Assembly (NCBI GenBank): GCA_963422645.2
Contig: CAXXVO010000007.1
Span: 672,001-736,000, forward strand
Direction of reading: 5' to 3'
DNA: 64,000 nt
Source: Alphaproteobacteria bacterium
GTDB taxonomy: Bacteria; Pseudomonadota; Alphaproteobacteria; UBA828
Part shown: positions 20,792-32,215 of the stretch, piece after piece
How the letters are laid out: every line of letters starts with the position of its first letter
Numbering within the stretch: position 1 is the first letter of the stretch
Translations under genes and position numbers: made by a program
Notes under the pieces: generated by a model
What the model was told of the DNA's origin: nothing
Database searches by the model: none
Seen by the model: only the letters and a program-made list of their open reading frames with translations

Positions 20792-22042
20792 ATGAAGACG
20801 GAAGGCTTGCACGTCGTCCGGCCGCGCGCGGCGGGTCTGGACGTGCACAAGATGGAGATCACCGCGACGGTTCGCCTCTGTGAGGGCGAGGGTGAGCCGG
20901 TGGTGGAGACGCGCTGCTTCGGCACGCTGCCGAGCGGTCTGGAGGAGATGGTCGCGTGGCTGACCGGTCACGGCGTCGAGGCTGCGGTGATGGAAGGGAC
21001 CGGGGTCTACTGGCAGGCGCCCTTCGCGGCCCTGGAGGCGGCCGGGCTCGAGGCGATCCTGGTGCATGCGCGTCAGGTGAAGCAGTTGAAGGGGCGCAAG
21101 ACCGACGTGGCGGACAGCGTGTGGCTGGCCTGCGTGTGCCAGTTCGGGCTCTGCACGCCTTCCCACGTTCCGCCTGAGCCGTTCCGGGAGCTGCGCGCAC
21201 TGAGCCGCCAGCGCCGCGTCCTGGTCAGGCAGCGCTCCGCCGTGCGCAACCGCGTGCAGAAGATCATCGACCGCGCCGGTGCGCGCATCGGCGGCATCCT
21301 CTCCGACGTCTTCGGCGTCAACGGCCGGAAGATCCTCGACGGCCTGGCGCAGGGGACGGCGCGCGAGGTCATCCTCGCCTCGCTCACCAGCCACGTTGCG
21401 AACAAGCTGGAGGGGCTCGGCGAGGCGCTCACCCTGAGCCTGGGCGACAACGACCGCTTCATGCTCAACGACCTGCTGGAGGAGCATGACGCGCTTGAGG
21501 CGCGCATCGCGTCCTACACCAGGAAGATCGACGGGCAGATGACACCGTGGGAGGAGCAGCTCCGTCTGCTGACCACCATCCCCGGCATCGACCGCACCGC
21601 CGCCTCGACCATCCTCATCGAGATCGGCCCCGACATCGGCGTGTTCGCCTCCAAGGAGCACTTCGCCGCCTGGGCCGGGCTCTGCCCCGGCAACAACGAG
21701 AGCGGGGGCAAGCGCCGCAACGCACGCACCCGCATGGGCTCCAAGACCCTGCGCGCCTGCCTCGTCGAGTGTGCCCACGGCGCGGCCCGAACCAAGGGGT
21801 GCCAGTTCGAGGCTCATCACCGCGCCCTCGCCGCCCGGCGCGGCTACAAGCGCGCCATCGTCGCCGGCGCTCACAAGATGCTGCGCATCATCTATGTGGT
21901 GCTCAAGACCGGCAGGCCCTACTACGACCGCACGGCCGACTACGACGCTCTGATGGTCAAGCGCAACGCTCCTCGGTGGATCCGCATGCTCCGCCGCTAC
22001 GGCTACATCGAGCCCGTAGGCGCGGAACTCAAGGCCGCCTGA
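20792..22042 (+). CDS. IS110 DEDD recombinase/transposase
   Basis: GLDVHK, MEGTGVYW, RKTDVADS, IPGID, AGLCPGNNESGGK; strong RBS GAGGAGG. Confidence 0.96.
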   Translation: MKTEGLHVVRPRAAGLDVHKMEITATVRLCEGEGEPVVETRCFGTLPSGLEEMVAWLTGHGVEAAVMEGTGVYWQAPFAALEAAGLEAILVHARQVKQLKGRKTDVADSVWLACVCQFGLCTPSHVPPEPFRELRALSRQRRVLVRQRSAVRNRVQKIIDRAGARIGGILSDVFGVNGRKILDGLAQGTAREVILASLTSHVANKLEGLGEALTLSLGDNDRFMLNDLLEEHDALEARIASYTRKIDGQMTPWEEQLRLLTTIPGIDRTAASTILIEIGPDIGVFASKEHFAAWAGLCPGNNESGGKRRNARTRMGSKTLRACLVECAHGAARTKGCQFEAHHRALAARRGYKRAIVAGAHKMLRIIYVVLKTGRPYYDRTADYDALMVKRNAPRWIRMLRRYGYIEPVGAELKAA

Positions 22043-22269
22043 GCGGCCCGCATCTCGTCAGCCGGCTACGCGGGACCGCTTCGGACCACATCGGGGAAGT
22101 CCACCGCTCGTCTCCGCCGCGCCGACCCTGGCGGTCTCAGCCAACGCCGTGACCTCGGGGTTGGAGCGTCACCGCGCGTCCCTCGCCAGAATCTGTTTCA
22201 CGGCAAAGCGCCGCCGTAGACGAGCGCGCGGCTGATGCGGACGCAGGGCAGGGTGTAAAGGGTTAGGGC

Positions 22270-23058
22270 ATGGTAGATATTCTCGTCGTCTTGCCGTCTG
22301 TCGGCCTCGATACGTTGCGCGACATCGTGCCGCTGATCTGTCTTGTGCTTTTCTTCCAGATTGTCGTCCTGCGCCAGCGCCCGGCGAATCTCGGTCGGAT
22401 CGTCGTCGGCTTCGTCTATGTCGTGGTCGGGCTCGTGCTCTTTCTCATCGGGCTTGAAGAAGCGCTCTTCCCCCTCGGCAAGACCATGGCGGCGCAACTG
22501 ACCGACCCCGCGTTTCTCGGCCTTGCGGCCGGGGCGCGCGCTCATTGGCTCGACTATGGCTGGATCTACGCCTTTGCGGTGGCCATCGGCTTCGGCACCA
22601 CCATCGCGGAACCGTCGCTCATGGCCGTGGCCCGCAAGGCCGGTGCCGTATCCGGCGGGGCGATCAAACCCTGGGGCTTGCGGATCGCGGTTGCCGTGGG
22701 CGTTGCCGTCGGTGTCGGGCTGGGAACCGTCCGTATCGTCACCGGGGTGCCGCTCCACTATCTGTTCATGGCTGCCTACGCCATCGTGATCCTGCTGACG
22801 ATATTCTCCTCGCGCAGCATCATTGCGCTCGCCTACGATTCCGGCGGCGTCACGTCATCGACCGTCACAGTACCGCTGGTCGCGGCCCTCGGCCTCGGCC
22901 TTGCCGCCAACGTACCGGGGCGCAGCACGCTGCTCGACGGCTTCGGTCTCATCGCCTTTGCATGCGTCTTTGCCGTCATCGCGGTGCTGGGCTTTGCCCA
23001 GCTCTCGTCGGCGCTTGAAGCCAGGCGCAAGCGCCGGCTATCCGGGAAAGGAACTTAG
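22270..23058 (+). CDS. DUF1538 membrane protein (paralog of 19682-20500)
   Basis: [32 protein letters not shown]. Confidence 0.88.
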   Translation: MVDILVVLPSVGLDTLRDIVPLICLVLFFQIVVLRQRPANLGRIVVGFVYVVVGLVLFLIGLEEALFPLGKTMAAQLTDPAFLGLAAGARAHWLDYGWIYAFAVAIGFGTTIAEPSLMAVARKAGAVSGGAIKPWGLRIAVAVGVAVGVGLGTVRIVTGVPLHYLFMAAYAIVILLTIFSSRSIIALAYDSGGVTSSTVTVPLVAALGLGLAANVPGRSTLLDGFGLIAFACVFAVIAVLGFAQLSSALEARRKRRLSGKGT

Positions 23059-23061
23059 ACA

Positions 23062-23412
23062 ATGCGTTTCAAGCTGATCATGGCGCTCGTGGATTCCGGC
23101 GAAACCGATGCCGTCCTCCACGCTGGCCGCCGCAGCGGCTCGACCGGTGCTACAATCATCACCGGCTGCCGCGGCGAGGGACTTGAGCCCGAGCAAACGT
23201 TTCTGGGTTTGAGATTGACCGGCCAACGGGACATTGTGCTCTTCCTGGTCGAAGAACACATGAGCCGGGCCGTTCTCGAAGGTATTGCGACGGCGGCAGC
23301 CTTCGAGGAGAAATCGGGGACGGGGATAGCGTTCCAGGTTGCCATCGAAGACGCGATCGGTCTTTCCCATCAGATCGCCGAGATCAAGCACGAGATCGAG
23401 GACCAGATATGA
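23062..23412 (+). CDS. P-II family regulator associated with DUF1538
   Basis: MRFKLIMALV…GATIITGCRGEG…GTGIAFQVAIEDAIG. Confidence 0.85.
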   Translation: MRFKLIMALVDSGETDAVLHAGRRSGSTGATIITGCRGEGLEPEQTFLGLRLTGQRDIVLFLVEEHMSRAVLEGIATAAAFEEKSGTGIAFQVAIEDAIGLSHQIAEIKHEIEDQI

Positions 23413-23873
23413 GCAGCAAGGCGAGCACGGCCACGGCGCCGCCGCAGGGGGAGGGGGCCCAATTCAACACGGTGCGCGCGGTGATGTCGCCCATGCCGGC
23501 CCCGATCAACGGTATGGCCACGGTTCACGAGGCACTCGAGCTGATGCGCGAGAACAACGTGTACTCTCTCGTGGTCGAGCGCCGCCGGCCCGGCGACGAA
23601 TATGGCATGGTCGTGGTCTCCGACATCGCCAACAAGGTGATCGCGGACAGCCGCTCGCCCGACCGGGTGAATGTCTACGAGATCATGTCAAAGCCGGTGC
23701 TCACCGTGAGCGCCGACATGGAAATCAAGTACGCGATTCGCCTCCTTGGGCGCTTCGGCCTGTCACGCGGCGTGGTGGTCGACGGCAACGAGGCGGTCGG
23801 CTTCGTCACGCTGACCGACATGGTCTTTCGCTTCTACGAGCAGGAAGCGAGGCGGCGGGAGGCAAGCGGGTAG
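23409..23873 (+). CDS. CBS-domain protein
   Basis: Tandem CBS motifs (VRAVMS…, VYEIMSKPVLTV); usual partner of DUF1538/P-II. Confidence 0.88.
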   Translation: MSSKASTATAPPQGEGAQFNTVRAVMSPMPAPINGMATVHEALELMRENNVYSLVVERRRPGDEYGMVVVSDIANKVIADSRSPDRVNVYEIMSKPVLTVSADMEIKYAIRLLGRFGLSRGVVVDGNEAVGFVTLTDMVFRFYEQEARRREASG

Positions 23874-23887
23874 GTCGGACACAAGAG

Positions 23888-24661
23888 ATGACATTGTCTG
23901 ACGCAATGCCGCGGGCGGTGCTGGTCACAGGGGCTGCGGCGCGCATCGGCCGTATCGTCGCCGAGGCGCTGGCGCACGACGGCTGGGCGGTCGCGGTGCA
24001 CCATCGGGAATCCGGCGATGCCGCCAAGGAGGTCGTCGCGGACATCGAGGGTGCAGGCGGCCGTGCCGTGGCCCTCGGGGCCGATCTCGCCGAGGAGGCC
24101 GAGGTAGAGACCCTGGTGGCGCGGGCGACGGCAGCGCTCGGGCCGCTCGGCTGCCTCGTCAACAATGCCTCTCCCTTTGAGCATGACGACCTGCAAAGCG
24201 CGAGCCGCGCGAGTTGGAATCTCCACATGGGCGTCAATCTGCGCGCGCCCTTCGTGCTGATGCAAAGATTTGCCGCGGCGTTGCCGGACGAGGCGGAGGG
24301 CTGCATCGTCAACATGCTCGACCAGCGCGTCTGGAACCTGACACCGCACTTCATGTCATACACGCTCAGTAAGGCGGGGCTCTGGACGCTCACGCAGACC
24401 GCGGCGCTCGCGCTTGCGCCCCGCATCCGGGTGAACGGCATCGGCCCCGGCCCGACCCTGCCCAGCGCGCGCCAGAGCCCCGAGCATTTCGCGGCTCAAT
24501 ACGAAGCCACACCACTGAAGCGCGCCGTGGCGCCCGGCGACATCGCGGATGGTATCCGGTTCATCCTCGGCGCGCGCGCTCTCACCGGGCAGATGATCGC
24601 CCTGGACAGCGGTCAGCATCTCGGCTGGGCGATACCGCAGGGGAAAGAAGTCCTCGAATGA
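23888..24661 (+). CDS. SDR oxidoreductase (pteridine reductase/FolM-like)
   Basis: TGAAARIG, LVNNAS, YTLSK, RVNGIGPG; directly upstream of folB. Confidence 0.88.
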   Translation: MTLSDAMPRAVLVTGAAARIGRIVAEALAHDGWAVAVHHRESGDAAKEVVADIEGAGGRAVALGADLAEEAEVETLVARATAALGPLGCLVNNASPFEHDDLQSASRASWNLHMGVNLRAPFVLMQRFAAALPDEAEGCIVNMLDQRVWNLTPHFMSYTLSKAGLWTLTQTAALALAPRIRVNGIGPGPTLPSARQSPEHFAAQYEATPLKRAVAPGDIADGIRFILGARALTGQMIALDSGQHLGWAIPQGKEVLE

Positions 24662-25046
24662 GCACGAAATCCCCAAGCTCGGCGGAGCCCGCGGCTTTGC
24701 GGCGATGCCTGCTGATCCGCGATCTCGTCGTGTCCTGTGCGATCGGAGTCCACGAGCACGAGCGCCACGGCACGCAACGGGTGCGAATCAACGTCCGCGT
24801 GCAGGTCATGGACGACGAAGGGCCGATTGAGGACAGCATCGCCAACGTCGTCTCCTACGAGACCGTCGTGAACGGCATTCGCGCCATCATCGCCGGTGGC
24901 CATATCAATCTGGTGGAGACACTGGCCGACCGCATCGTCGAGCGCTGCCTCGCCAACCATCGCGTGCGCGGCGTGTGGGTGCGGGTCGAGAAGCTCGACC
25001 TTTACCCGGATGCCGCAGGCGTAGGCGTGGAGGTTGAGCGGAGCCG

Positions 25047-25050
<4 letters not shown>
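24658..25050 (+). CDS. folB: Dihydroneopterin aldolase
   Basis: IGVHEHE…QRVRIN, VVSYE, LVETLA, VEK…GVGVEVER. Confidence 0.92.
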
Positions 25051-25931
<881 letters not shown>

Positions 25932-25940
25932 GAAAGCCCG

Positions 25941-26609
25941 CTAGCCGATGTGGCGCCCGAGGTGGGCGAGGGATCGGTCACGCGCGAGCGCGGCGGCCTC
26001 CGGGTGGTAGTCGGCCCGCTGGTCGCAGTTGAAGCCGTGGCCGGCGCCCTGATAGACGTGAACCGCGACGTCGGGGTGGGTCGTCTTGATCTCGTCCACG
26101 TCCGCCATCGGGATACCTGCGTCCTCGGTGCCGAAGTGAAGCATCGTCGGGCAGTCCGGCGTCTCGCCCACAAACTCGATGATCTGGCCGCCGTAGTAGC
26201 CGATCGTCGCGTCGATCTCGAGCCGACAGGCGGCAAGCCAGGCGAGTGAGCCGCCCCAGCAATAGCCCACCACGACCACCTTCGGTGCGCCTTCGAGGGC
26301 GTCGACGCCGGCCTTGATGTCCATGACCGGACCTTCCCAACCGATATCGGCCTTGAGCCCGCGCCCCTCGTCGACCGTCTCGGCACTGTAGCCGAGCTCG
26401 ATCCCCGGCTTCTTGCGGTCGAACAGGCATGGCGCAAGGACGAGGAATCCCTGGGCCGCGTAGTCGTCGCAGACACCTCTGATGTGGTCGTTGACCCCGA
26501 AAATCTCCTGCACGAGCACGAGGCCCGCACGCGGCTCGCCGTCGGGCGCCACCCGGTATGCGTTGAGAACGTGACCATCGTCCGCAGTCAGCCGGACAAC
26601 TGCGCCCAT
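25941..26609 (-). CDS. Dienelactone hydrolase family protein
   Basis: QEIFGVN, GYCWGG, AGHGFNCD. Confidence 0.92.
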   Translation of the reverse strand: MGAVVRLTADDGHVLNAYRVAPDGEPRAGLVLVQEIFGVNDHIRGVCDDYAAQGFLVLAPCLFDRKKPGIELGYSAETVDEGRGLKADIGWEGPVMDIKAGVDALEGAPKVVVVGYCWGGSLAWLAACRLEIDATIGYYGGQIIEFVGETPDCPTMLHFGTEDAGIPMADVDEIKTTHPDVAVHVYQGAGHGFNCDQRADYHPEAAALARDRSLAHLGRHIG

Positions 26610-26705
26610 CGGGGGTGCCTCCCTGTTCCTCCATGGTTTCGCGCCCTTCCGCGCGAAGGAACTCCACATAGCAGAAGGGACATAGCTGCGCCACCTATAG
26701 GCGGG

Positions 26706-27808
26706 CTAGACATTGAAGCGAAAATGCATGACGTCGCCGTCGCGCACGACGTAGGCGCGCCCCTCTTGGCGCATTCGTCCGGCGCTGCGGGCGGCCTGCT
26801 CGCCGCCGAGCGCGATCAGCTCGTCCGCCGCGATGGTCTCGGCGCAGATGGAGCCGCGCGCGAAATCGGTGTGGATGCGACCGGCCGCTTCGACCGCCGT
26901 GCTGCCGCAGGAAGCGGCCAGGCACGCGCCTCCGTTTCGGTGGCCGTGATGAAGCGGATCAGGCCGAGCAGGCAATGGCCGGCGTGGATCACACGGTCGA
27001 GGCCGGGCGCCTCGAGCCCGAGGGCCTCGAGAAACTCGTTCCTCTCCACCGGATCCTCCAGCAGTGCGATCTCTGCTTCGAGCGCGGCCGAGACCACGAC
27101 CTGCTCCGCGCCGGCGGCGGTGGCATGGGCGGTAACGGCCTGGCTCATCCCGTTGCCCGTCGCGGCGTTCGCCTCATCGACGTTGCTGACGTAGAGCACC
27201 GGCTTGGCGCTAAGCAGGTTGAGTGCCGAGAATTCGCGTCTGGCTGTCTCGTCGGGCAGGTCGACCGCGCGCGCCGGGCGTCCGATTTCGAGCAGGGCAA
27301 GCGCCGGCTCGATAGCCAAGAGCCGATCTTTCGCCTCCTTGTCACCGCCGCGTGCGCGCTTGATCGCCCCGTCGCGCTGCCGCTCCAGACTCTCGAGGTC
27401 GGCCAGCATGAGTTCGGTCTCGATCAGTCCAATGTCGTGCAGAGGATCGACCGCACCGGTGCTGTGCGTCACCTGGTCGTCCCCGAAACAGCGGACCAGG
27501 TGGAGCAAGGCATCGACCTCGCGCACGTGACCCAGGAAGCGATTACCGAGTCCCTCGCCTTTGCTGGCGCCTTCGACGAGGCCGGCGATATCAACCACCT
27601 CCAGCACGCTCGCCACGACCTTGCGCGAACCTGCGAGGCGCGCGACCTCGTGGAGCGCGGCGTCCGGTACCGGTGCGCGCCCCACGTTGGGCTCGACGGT
27701 GCAGAAAGGGTAGTTGCCGACCTCGGCCGCGCCACTCGCGACCAGCGCGTTGAAAAGCGTGGACTTGCCCACATTGGGCAGGCCCACGATGCCGCACCTA
27801 AACCCCAC
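26706..27808 (-). CDS. ychF: Obg-like ATPase YchF, apparent frameshift near 26910
   Basis: GLPNVGKST, NYPFCT, DIAGLV; C-terminal IHTDFARG…DGDVMHFRFNV in another frame. Confidence 0.92.
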
Positions 27809-28430
27809 CCGATGGTCCCGGGGGCGTTTCGCCGCCTGCCTGCGCCGGGCTCGATCCCGGCGGCGGAGCGAGGAGCGCGACCCGGCTCATGAAGGCGCTG
27901 GCGTCGCCCGCCATAATCAGTGGGAAGGCATCGACGATGGCGTCGAGAGTGGGGGTCAGCCAGGTCCGGTCCGATGCGCCGAAGCTGGAGAGCACATGGC
28001 CGGTCATCCGGTCCCGATCGCCGGGGTGGCCGATTCCGATCCGCACCCGCCAGAAGTCGGCGCCGATATGGGCGCGGGTGCTTCTGAGCCCGTTATGGCC
28101 GGCGACCCCGCCGCCGCATTTGGCCCGCACCTTGCCGGCGGCGAGATCGACTTCGTCGTGAAGGACGATAACGGCAGCGGGCTCAAGCCGGTGGAAGCGC
28201 ATGGCGGCACCCACCGCGCGACCCGATTCGTTCATGTAGGTCTGAGGCTTGAGGGCGAGCACGGACTCGTCGCCCAAGCGACCCTCGGCGATCTCGCCGT
28301 GGAAGCGCGTGCGTCGCCTGAATGCGCCAAAGCCGTGCGCCGTCGCCAGCGCGTCAAGCGCCATGAAGCCGACGTTGTGCCGATGCCGGGCCGCATCGGC
28401 GCCGGATTGCCGAGGCCGACCAGCAGGCGG
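27798..28430 (-). CDS. pth: Peptidyl-tRNA hydrolase, apparent frameshift and damaged start near 28390-28430
   Basis: LLVGLGNP in one frame; RHNVGF, KPQTYMNESG, HDEVDL, GHNGLRS, RIGIGHPG in another. Confidence 0.9.
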   Translation of the reverse strand, partial: PPAGRPRQSGADAARHRHNVGFMALDALATAHGFGAFRRRTRFHGEIAEGRLGDESVLALKPQTYMNESGRAVGAAMRFHRLEPAAVIVLHDEVDLAAGKVRAKCGGGVAGHNGLRSTRAHIGADFWRVRIGIGHPGDRDRMTGHVLSSFGASDRTWLTPTLDAIVDAFPLIMAGDASAFMSRVALLAPPPGSSPAQAGGETPPGPSGGV

Positions 28431-28481
28431 GCAGGGGCGCCCCCCTGGGGGGCGCGGGAGCGGCGACGAAACAGGGCCGTG

Positions 28482-29168
28482 TTAGGACTCCTCGCCCTCG
28501 GCCGCCTCTGCATCGGCATCCTCGGCCCCGTCCTCGGCGCCGAGTTCCTCGTCCTCGCCCTCTACGCCTTCCTCTTCGTCCTCCGGCTCGACGGCGACCG
28601 TGGGCGCGGCGAGGGTGGCGACGGTGAAGTCCCGGTCGGTGATGGTGGGCGTGACGCCCTCCGGGAGCTCGATGTGGCTGATGTGGATGCTGTCGCCGAT
28701 CTCGCATCCGGAGATATCAGCCACGAGGAATTCGGGCATTACCTCAAGCGGGCACATGAGCTCGACTTCGTGGCGGACGATATTGAGCACGCCGCCGCGT
28801 TTCAGGCCTTCGCATTCCTCATGGCCCTCGAAGCGGACCTCCACCGAGACCGCGAGCGTCGCTCCCGCGACGTAGCGCATGAAGTCGATGTGAAGCGGTG
28901 CATCGGTGATCGGATCGACCTGAACGTCACGAGGCAGCACTCGGATCACGTCGCCATTCAACCTGAGGTCGTAGAGACGGGCGAAGAAGCCTCGGCGGCC
29001 AAGCTCCCGTTCCATCACGTTGTAGTCGAGCGATATGGAGAGCGGCTCGCCGCCGCCGCCGTAAACGATGGCTGGCGTGCGGCCTTCGCGCCTTAGCGCC
29101 CGCGCGCCTCCCTTGCCGCGCGGCTCGCGCGGCAGTGCCTCGATGGTTGCCTGGTCACTCATGGTCAT
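28482..29168 (-). CDS. rplY: 50S ribosomal protein L25/Ctc
   Basis: GKGGARALRREG.TPAIVYG, HIDF, GLKRGGVL, acidic tail. Confidence 0.95.
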   Translation of the reverse strand: MTMSDQATIEALPREPRGKGGARALRREGRTPAIVYGGGGEPLSISLDYNVMERELGRRGFFARLYDLRLNGDVIRVLPRDVQVDPITDAPLHIDFMRYVAGATLAVSVEVRFEGHEECEGLKRGGVLNIVRHEVELMCPLEVMPEFLVADISGCEIGDSIHISHIELPEGVTPTITDRDFTVATLAAPTVAVEPEDEEEGVEGEDEELGAEDGAEDADAEAAEGEES

Positions 29169-29195
29169 GCGTCTCCGCTATTCTGGCCGCGCGCG

Positions 29196-30128
29196 TCAAT
29201 CGAAGAGGCTGGAAACCGAGGTCTCCGAGCTGATACGGAGAATCGATTCGGCCATCAACGGCGCGATTGGGAGCACACGGATATTGTCCGTGCTCTCTAC
29301 GGCTTCGGTCGTCTGAATGGTGTCCGTCACGACCAGCGACTCGAGCTCCGACGACGAGACCCGCGCCACCGCCTCGCCCGATAGCACCGCGTGAGAGACA
29401 TAGCCGTGGACTGCCTTCGCACCCGCTTCCCTGAGCGCCGCGGCTGCGTTGCAGAGGGTCCCGGCCGAATCGACGATGTCGTCCACGATGATGCAGCGCC
29501 GTCCTACGACGTCGCCGATGATGTTCATGACTTCCGATTGGCCCGCACGCTCGCGCCGCTTGTCGACGATCGAGAGATCGGCATCGAAGCGCTTGGCCAT
29601 GGCCCGCGCCCGCAGCACGCCGCCCACATCGGGCGACACGAACATCAGAGGGTCGTTATTGTAGTTTAGCCTGATGTCGTCGACCATTACCGGAGCCGCG
29701 TAGAGATTGTCCACCGGAATGTCGAAGAAGCCCTGAATCTGACCGGCGTGCAGGTCCAGCGTGAGAACCCGGTTGGCGCCGCTCGCCTCGATCAGGTTGG
29801 CGACCAACTTGGCTGAGATCGGCGTGCGCGGAGACGATTTCCGATCCTGCCGCGCGTAGCCGAAATAGGGCACCACCGCGGTCACCCGCTGCGCCGAGGC
29901 GCGCTTCAGGGCATCGAGGCAGATCAGCAACTCCATCAGGTTGTCGTTGGCCGGTGTCGACGTCGATTGAATCAGGAACACATCCTCGCCGCGCACGTTC
30001 TCCTGGATCTCCACGAAGATCTCAGAATCGGAGAAGCGGCGGATGGAGGCTCGAGTCAAACCCATGCCGAGCGCCGACGAGATCGCCTCAGCCAGCGGCC
30101 GGTTGCTGTTGCCGGCGACGAGCTTCAT
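29196..30128 (-). CDS. prs: Ribose-phosphate pyrophosphokinase
   Basis: [38 protein letters not shown]. Confidence 0.97.
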   Translation of the reverse strand: MKLVAGNSNRPLAEAISSALGMGLTRASIRRFSDSEIFVEIQENVRGEDVFLIQSTSTPANDNLMELLICLDALKRASAQRVTAVVPYFGYARQDRKSSPRTPISAKLVANLIEASGANRVLTLDLHAGQIQGFFDIPVDNLYAAPVMVDDIRLNYNNDPLMFVSPDVGGVLRARAMAKRFDADLSIVDKRRERAGQSEVMNIIGDVVGRRCIIVDDIVDSAGTLCNAAAALREAGAKAVHGYVSHAVLSGEAVARVSSSELESLVVTDTIQTTEAVESTDNIRVLPIAPLMAESILRISSETSVSSLFD

Positions 30129-30235
30129 CGATGACGGTTCCCTGGAGCGTGGGGTGGGGTAAGCCCTGCCGGGCCGCGCCTCAGGCCCCGAAGGCGTGCG
30201 GACTGTATCAATCTGGCCCTGCCCTGTAAACGCTG

Positions 30236-31357
30236 TTACCGAACCGTGACGGAGACGGCAATCGGTGCCCCGACCAGCACCGAAGGAGCACGTGGTGCCC
30301 CGGGCTCTGGCTTGAAGTATGGCTTGAGATTCGGCCGGGCGAACGGCAGGGGCGATACCGCAGCCAACACCGCAGGCGGCTCAGCAGATGCTTCGATAGG
30401 CAGCGCAAGCGGCGCTTCGGTCAGCGTCTGAGGCAGCAGTTCTGCGTTGGCCTCTTGCCGCTGCGCCTCAGCGATCCGGCGTACGTCCGGTTGATCGAGC
30501 ACTTGCGCGATGCCCGGCGCACCGGCACGGGCAACGAGGCGCGGCAGAACACCCCACGTGCCGGTCAGTCGCTCTGCGCCGACGCGGTTACTCTGGGTGA
30601 CAGTGCCGAGTCTCCTACCGTTCGGATGCAGCACATCCCAGGTGATCGTGACGGTCGCGCTGTCCGCAACGGTGTCTTCTCGCGCGACCGAGACCCAGCC
30701 CTGGAGCGTCAGCATCCCGTCCTCGAGAGTATCGACGACAGTGACGCCGACGCGGGCGAGGGAGTGCCTCATGGCGCGGGCGAGCGCGACCCCGCCGTCG
30801 CCCGGGGCACCGCGAACGGTCTCGACGGCCACAGGCACTTGAAGCGGACGGCCCGCGTCCTGGGTTGCCGGCGGTTTCAGCACGGCGGCGACTCGCCCGG
30901 CGGCCCGCGCTGCGATCGCCTCCAGATCGGCCGTTGCCAACCCGATAGACGACGCAGCGAGCCTCGATTCCTCGAAACGGAGCGCGGTCTCGCCATCGGG
31001 CGCGATCAACGACCATCTCAGCTTGCCTGCAGCGATCGAGACATTCCCGGCCAACACGATGCTGCCGCGACCGCCGGCGTGAGCGCTGGCCGGTATGTCC
31101 CTCAGCTGCAGCGCCTCCACGACCTCGTCCACAAGCGCCCTAGACTGGTCTGCGGACAGCCCTCCGATGGGCGGCACCATGATGCTGCCCCAGGTTGTGT
31201 CTCCTGGAGCGGCCCACGTCTGCGTGGTCTTGTCTGCCGGCTGGAAGGGGCGGGGCAGGTCGCCACAGGCCGTCAGCGCCACACACAGGATGAAGCACAG
31301 CGCGAGCGAAATCGCGCCCCGCTGAGAGCGACAAGCCGCGCTGTTCCGGTGAATCAC
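30236..31357 (-). CDS. Putative lipoprotein
   Basis: Hydrophobic signal with lipobox LTAC; GAPGDGG..LA motif. Confidence 0.65.
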   Translation of the reverse strand: MIHRNSAACRSQRGAISLALCFILCVALTACGDLPRPFQPADKTTQTWAAPGDTTWGSIMVPPIGGLSADQSRALVDEVVEALQLRDIPASAHAGGRGSIVLAGNVSIAAGKLRWSLIAPDGETALRFEESRLAASSIGLATADLEAIAARAAGRVAAVLKPPATQDAGRPLQVPVAVETVRGAPGDGGVALARAMRHSLARVGVTVVDTLEDGMLTLQGWVSVAREDTVADSATVTITWDVLHPNGRRLGTVTQSNRVGAERLTGTWGVLPRLVARAGAPGIAQVLDQPDVRRIAEAQRQEANAELLPQTLTEAPLALPIEASAEPPAVLAAVSPLPFARPNLKPYFKPEPGAPRAPSVLVGAPIAVSVTVR

Positions 31358-31435
31358 GGGCTCGATACCGCCAGGGCGCAGCTCACCACCATGCCGACGA
31401 AGAGGAGAACGCCGAAGATGATCACGTAGGGCATG

Positions 31436-32215
31436 TCACGAGCCGAGCGAGACGATCGAGATATTGCGGCCGTAGTCGGGCTCGCCCCGGTGGACGCTCC
31501 GGCGGTAGCTGAAGAAGCGGCCGGTCTCGGCGCAGGTATCGCCGCCGGTCGCTTCGACCGCCGCGAGTCCCAGGGTGCCCAGGCGACGAGCGACGTAGCC
31601 CACGATGTCGAAGAAGAAGTGCCCGTCGCGATCTGATTGTGCGAACAGGTCTTCGTCCCGCGCGCTGCGCGCCAGGAATGGCGCCGGGAACTCGGGCCCG
31701 ACCTCGTAGGATGTCGCGCCGATCGCGGGGCCAATGACTGCCCGTATCTCGCCCGCCCGTGCGCCGAGGCCCAGCATGGCCTCGACCGCGGCTTCCAGGA
31801 CTCCGTTCAGCGCGCCGCGCCAGCCGGCATGGGCCGCGCCGATCACGCCGGCCTCGCGATCTGCCAGCAGCACGGGCACGCAATCGGCGGTGAGGATCGC
31901 GAGCGCCAGACCGGGTGTCGCCGTCGCCATGGCGTCGACGCGCGGTGCATCGTCACGGGCCCAGGGCTCGGTCACGACAAGCGCTTTGGCGCTGTGGACC
32001 TGATAGGCGGTGCAGAGCGCCGCCGGTGGAAGCCCGCAAGCGTTCATTGCCCGTGTGCGGTTCTCGTGCACGGCCTCGGAGTCGTCGCCAGAGCCGAAGC
32101 CGCAGTTTAGAGAGCGGTAGAGCCCCTCGCTGACGCCGCCGCTGCGGCCGAAGAAGCCGTGGCGGATGCGGCCGCCGGGATCCTCCAGCAGGGCGTGAGA
32201 GATGGGCTCGATCAT
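31436..32215 (-). CDS. pgeF: YfiH/PgeF family purine nucleoside phosphorylase (laccase-like)
   Basis: HGFFGRSGG, YQVHS, LTADCVP, AAHAGWRG, FFSYRR. Confidence 0.93.
   Translation of the reverse strand: MIEPISHALLEDPGGRIRHGFFGRSGGVSEGLYRSLNCGFGSGDDSEAVHENRTRAMNACGLPPAALCTAYQVHSAKALVVTEPWARDDAPRVDAMATATPGLALAILTADCVPVLLADREAGVIGAAHAGWRGALNGVLEAAVEAMLGLGARAGEIRAVIGPAIGATSYEVGPEFPAPFLARSARDEDLFAQSDRDGHFFFDIVGYVARRLGTLGLAAVEATGGDTCAETGRFFSYRRSVHRGEPDYGRNISIVSLGS

Larger units (their letters stand above)
20435..22207 (+). mobile_element. IS110-family element, copy 1 (1769-bp unit)
   Basis: Same sequence as the copies at 55926 and 57695; bounded by CAAA at 20435-20438 and 22204-22207. Confidence 0.95.
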
